Positions 60,142-64,000 of a stretch of DNA of 64,000 nucleotides are shown piece after piece. The DNA lies in the NCBI GenBank assembly GCA_943704425.1, contig CALSCP010000013.1:11236-75235 (forward strand), in the 5' to 3' direction. Source of the DNA: Ministeria vibrans ATCC 50519. Lineage: Eukaryota; Protista; Filasterea. The notes below the pieces were generated by a model, which did no database searches, was not told where the DNA came from, and saw nothing but the letters and a program-made list of their open reading frames with translations. Position numbers and translations under genes: made by a program. Within the stretch, counting starts at the first letter, position 1. Every line of letters starts with the position of its first letter.

Positions 60142-62791
60142 GTGGTGGTGGTGGCTTGGGACGTTTCACGGAACGTTTCAGTTTCAGCGGCCGATCGTCG
60201 TCGCTTGTCACAACGCTGTGCAACGACACACGGAAGGGTCGCTCGGGGACCTCTTCGTACTGAGGCTCGTCGTCATGATTGCGTCCGCCACCCGACAAGT
60301 TTGAACTGCTCTTGGCCACATTGCGCTTGTTGAGGCGCGAATCGTACCCTTTGAGGGCGCTCTTGAACGGCATCGCCGAACTCGCCCGACGGCCCGTGTG
60401 TAACACGTCGTATTGGTCCGAGTGTGTGAGCACCTCGGGTTCACGAAGCAAGTCGGGCACCTGGTCGTCGTCGAATCCGTCCTCCATCGACGCGTATCGG
60501 GGCTCTTCCGCGATCTGTTGGGGGCGTTTCTTCTGTTGGGGCGCACTGTTGGTCGACCGCGTGTTCTGATGCTTGGTCGTCAGGCTCGGCTGCGACATGG
60601 CCAGGTCCGAGTACACCGTCGGCTTGCTAGGCTCGCGCGGTGGCGAACGAATCACCTTGGAGTAGGTGCGGTCCATTTGGGAGAGCATGGGTGCCGGTGG
60701 TCGTTGGTGGTCGTCCTCGTTGTCTGTATACTGTGACGCTGGCGGTGTCTTGGGACGCGTGTCGGGCATGCAACTCTGTGTGAACGCGGACATTCTGCGT
60801 TGAGACGACGCCTGCTGCTGTCGTGTCGGCGCCACAGGCTCATAGGACACGTTGCCACTGCTGCGTCTCCCACCCCAATTCGCGCCAGGCGACGGTGATT
60901 GGACCTCCTCCTCCTCAAAGAGATACCGTCCACTATGAGCGACACCCGACGCGGGCGGGTAGCGGTCTTCAGGCAATACAAACTCGTCGGTGGACCATTC
61001 GCGCTTGCGCTCGGTCACATGCTGACGCGGTGGTCGCTCAGGCAAGTGGTTCAGATGGGGATGATCGGCGCGCTGTTGCTCGACATTTCGCGACTGCACC
61101 GTCTCCTGGTGATGCGAGTGGATGTGCAATCCGAGCGACTCGTGTGTGGGTGGCGGTGCATTTGAAGCAGAGGATGTGGTGCGTGACGCAGGACGGTGGT
61201 GCTGCTGCTGTTGCTGGTGATGTTGTTGAGGTTGTTGCTGATGATGATAGCGATGGGGATCGCTGGTGCTCTGACGGCCTTGCTGGTGGCTGTAACGTTG
61301 ACGATGATTGCTGTGGCGGGAGTCTGTTTCGCTCTCGTCGTGAGTCCAGTCGTCGCCGAGGAGCCCACCACGCCCGCCGCGTGTTGACTCACTGCGCAAG
61401 CTGTTTTTGTAGGTGGTCGATGGATGTGGTGGGGGGTAGATGCGACGGCGGGACGTGTCGCCACGTTCGCGATGCTCATCAAGAATCTCCTTGAGCACAT
61501 CGTCGACGGACTGATCAGGATCGGCACGCGCGTCCAGCACTCGCTCCAGCTCCATTTCGTTAAGTGTGTGTGAATGTTCGGTGACGTTCACCTCGGGCTC
61601 TTTGCCTCCGTCGACAAACACAGTGCGGCGCTCCCACACGACTGGATGGTATGGGTCGTCGTCGTGGAAGGTGATTTTCTGCTCGTACACTTCGTCGCGA
61701 TAGCCACGAGGCACCACAATGGTACCAGGCAAAAGCGATGCTGGGTTGACGGGCATTGATGGCTCGGCAGCGACCGAGCGACTTGCCGAGCGTCGTGAAC
61801 GCGACATAGGCCGGCGGGGCGAGCGGCTGGACGTGGGGACCGCGTCAACCGTGTCCGTTTCCTCCTCCGAGTTGTAGTACTCGTCGATCGAGTAGACACC
61901 GTCGTTGTCGTGCTGTTGCACATGCCCCTGGTGTCGACTGTTGTTGCTGCCGCTGTTGTAGTGGTGGTGCTGGTGGCGTGGTCGTGTGCTGCTCTCCTCG
62001 CCCGACTCCCACGGGATGTTTGCCTGCGCGCGTTGGTGATGGGGATGTTGGCGCTGATGATGTTGGTTCTGCTGCTGTGTGTGGTGTGTGTGCAAAGGCA
62101 CCGATTGCGAGTTGCCGTGGTGTGCCGAGAGGTGTCTGCTGTGCACAGGCGCGTCAATACTGCTCTGTCGCGACGCCGTGTCCCGTAGTCTTTGGCTGCT
62201 TGTGGAGCTGTGTGTTTTGTCAGCCCGTCGATGCGACGGTGGCTGCTGTGTGTGGTGGTAGCGTTGAGAACCGCCACCGTCGTCGCTGAACTCGTCTGCG
62301 TGGAGTCCGCCGCTGCGGGTGCGTTCGACGTCGTGTCGATGGGCAGTGGACGAGGTGGAGGACGTCGAAGGCGCTCCCGTGTTCACCGACGGGTTGCGCA
62401 TGGCCGTGGTGTGTGCAAAGGCTGCATTGCCAAACTCAAGTAGCATGTTTGAGTTGTCCATGGTTGCAAAAGTCTCGTGGATGCTCTCACCCGAGAGCAT
62501 GGCACCCAAACCGCTCGGGTCGCCACCGCGTTCCATTGTAGACGCCGCCGAGCGCCCATTGGCGTACGGTGCTGAGCCACGCGCCTTACTTGCACTGTTG
62601 CTACTACCATTGCTGCTGTACGTGTTGTTGTTGTTGCTGCGGCGCATGGCGCGAGTGACCGCCGCGGGCGACATAGCCATGGCCTCGGCACGCTTCTTGC
62701 GGTAGCGACGCCGACAAACACAGAACACAATGAGCAGCACAATCCCCGCTGCGACTGCCGACACTGCGATGATCAATCCCAAGCTCACCAT
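59618..62791 (-). CDS. Single-pass membrane protein with ~1000-aa disordered tail (transmembrane-adaptor-like)
   Basis: MVSLGLIIAVSAVAAGIVLLIVFCVC-RRRYRKKR; tail with Tyr motifs and poly-Pro; the ORF upstream of 62791 looks non-coding; 3' end uncertain. Confidence 0.75.
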
Positions 62792-64000
62792 TGTGAAGCC
62801 GTGCTCTTGAAAGAGAGAGAGAGAGAGCGCGCGCGCGAGAGGAAAAAATAAAGACGCGCTGCACAAGTTGAGGAATGAACGAGAGAAAAAAAGGTCAGTT
62901 GTGGATAGTATCAGCGACACATTCACTTGCGCACACCGCAAATAGGCAGACGGGCACGGCAAAGAGTTCGTTGCGAGTGCGGTAGTATCGGGGTAGCACT
63001 TGAGTTTGCGTTCATGAGTTTTTTTTGTCGCAGTTGCAAAGGGTTCTTTTTTTTCTTTTTTTTTTTTTGCCGAGGTGACAAACTTGTGGGAATGCATGTG
63101 TGCGGGAGAGCGAGCGACGCCCACACCGGCACCGACTGGAACACCAGTGATGTTGAGGGGCGCCACGTGGTGGCTCTGCAACCTTCACACTTTCCCATTT
63201 GGGAGAGTCTCAGGAATGCTAAAACCGCTCGGTATTTTATTTGTTGAATGCTGAGCAACAGAAAAAAAAGAGAAACAATCAAATGCTGTGTGGATGTACC
63301 TGCGTGATAAGGAAGTAGCAGGGGGAGTCGAAGAAAGGGATAAATCTGTATTCACGATAATTTTGTAATTGTTATCGGACCATTATCTGAAGTGAAAGAA
63401 GACGTATCGGACCATTATCATCAACACTCATCAACCACCCATCACCTATTAGAACATCAATCGACATTTGACAATAAGACATCAGACACGCGTCACCCAC
63501 AGAGTCACAGATAATAGCAGACGACAAATCATCAGACATAACGCAGCCCACAGTCAAAAACTTCACAAAAATTCACGTTTCGGTAAAAAATACTATCACC
63601 TCGTGCAACATGCTAAAAACTCAAACAATCACAAATCAACGCCATTAAAACCCTACAAGACATACTGTAAAACATATTCACGGGCACTAAACTGCAGATT
63701 TCTCTTGCCACGTATGTAAACCATTTCCAAATCTATTCAAAAAATCAAATTTTGCCAAAACTCAAACTCATTCGAATGTCACCCCTTTCAAACGCACTCC
63801 CAACACTACTTCCACACCCTCCACAACCCCTGGCCTTCTTCATGGGGAGAGTGAAAAGAACTCTTCCAGGAGAAATCTAAAGCAAAAAACACTTTAAAAA
63901 GAACGACTTGAAGCATTAGATTGGACACGGTGAAGCGTGACGGCCCTGCAAAACAGAGCCCACGCAGCGCTGCGTTCGCCTAACGCCGATTAGACGAAAA

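Noticed and set aside
62792-63181. N-terminal 130 aa of the 1187-aa ORF
   Set aside because: Includes poly-A and CT tracts with an acceptor-like site before the ATG at 62791; probably UTR/intron
63373-63420. Direct repeat TATCGGACCATTATC as a C/D snoRNA
   Set aside because: Box spacing and guide length are not convincing, and no target was recognised

Overview
This is eukaryotic, intron-rich and very compact DNA from what looks like a unicellular eukaryote. It is possibly a flagellated holozoan/opisthokont; that is an inference from PLOD, SCAI, TBCCD1 and a pTyr-motif adaptor. Introns are mostly short GT-AG and often carry microsatellites, and there are two assembly gaps. I reconstructed about 25 spliced genes by hand: METTL5, TMF1, S28 peptidase, Asp/Asn beta-hydroxylase-like, F-box/ankyrin, GH7 cellobiohydrolase, TGS1, a PQQ-propeller membrane protein, calmodulin-like, NIPA-like Mg2+ transporter, CENP-O, TBCCD1, TRIP12/UFD4, COG3, SCAI, P450, NIPSNAP, NVL/Rix7, a C2H2+AT-hook factor, malic enzyme, 2-Cys peroxiredoxin and others. 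Top finding: a single secretory gene (25073-29052, -) fuses a COLGALT-type GT25 galactosyltransferase domain to a complete PLOD/LH3 (glycosyltransferase + accessory + lysyl hydroxylase). That puts the whole collagen Lys->Hyl->Gal-Hyl->Glc-Gal-Hyl pathway in one polypeptide. Second, a hidden 5-exon, 76-aa gene absent from the ORF track resembles the plant signalling peptide Taximin. Third, a LAT/PAG-like transmembrane adaptor has many tyrosine motifs. Protein identities come from remembered family motifs; no database search was run.
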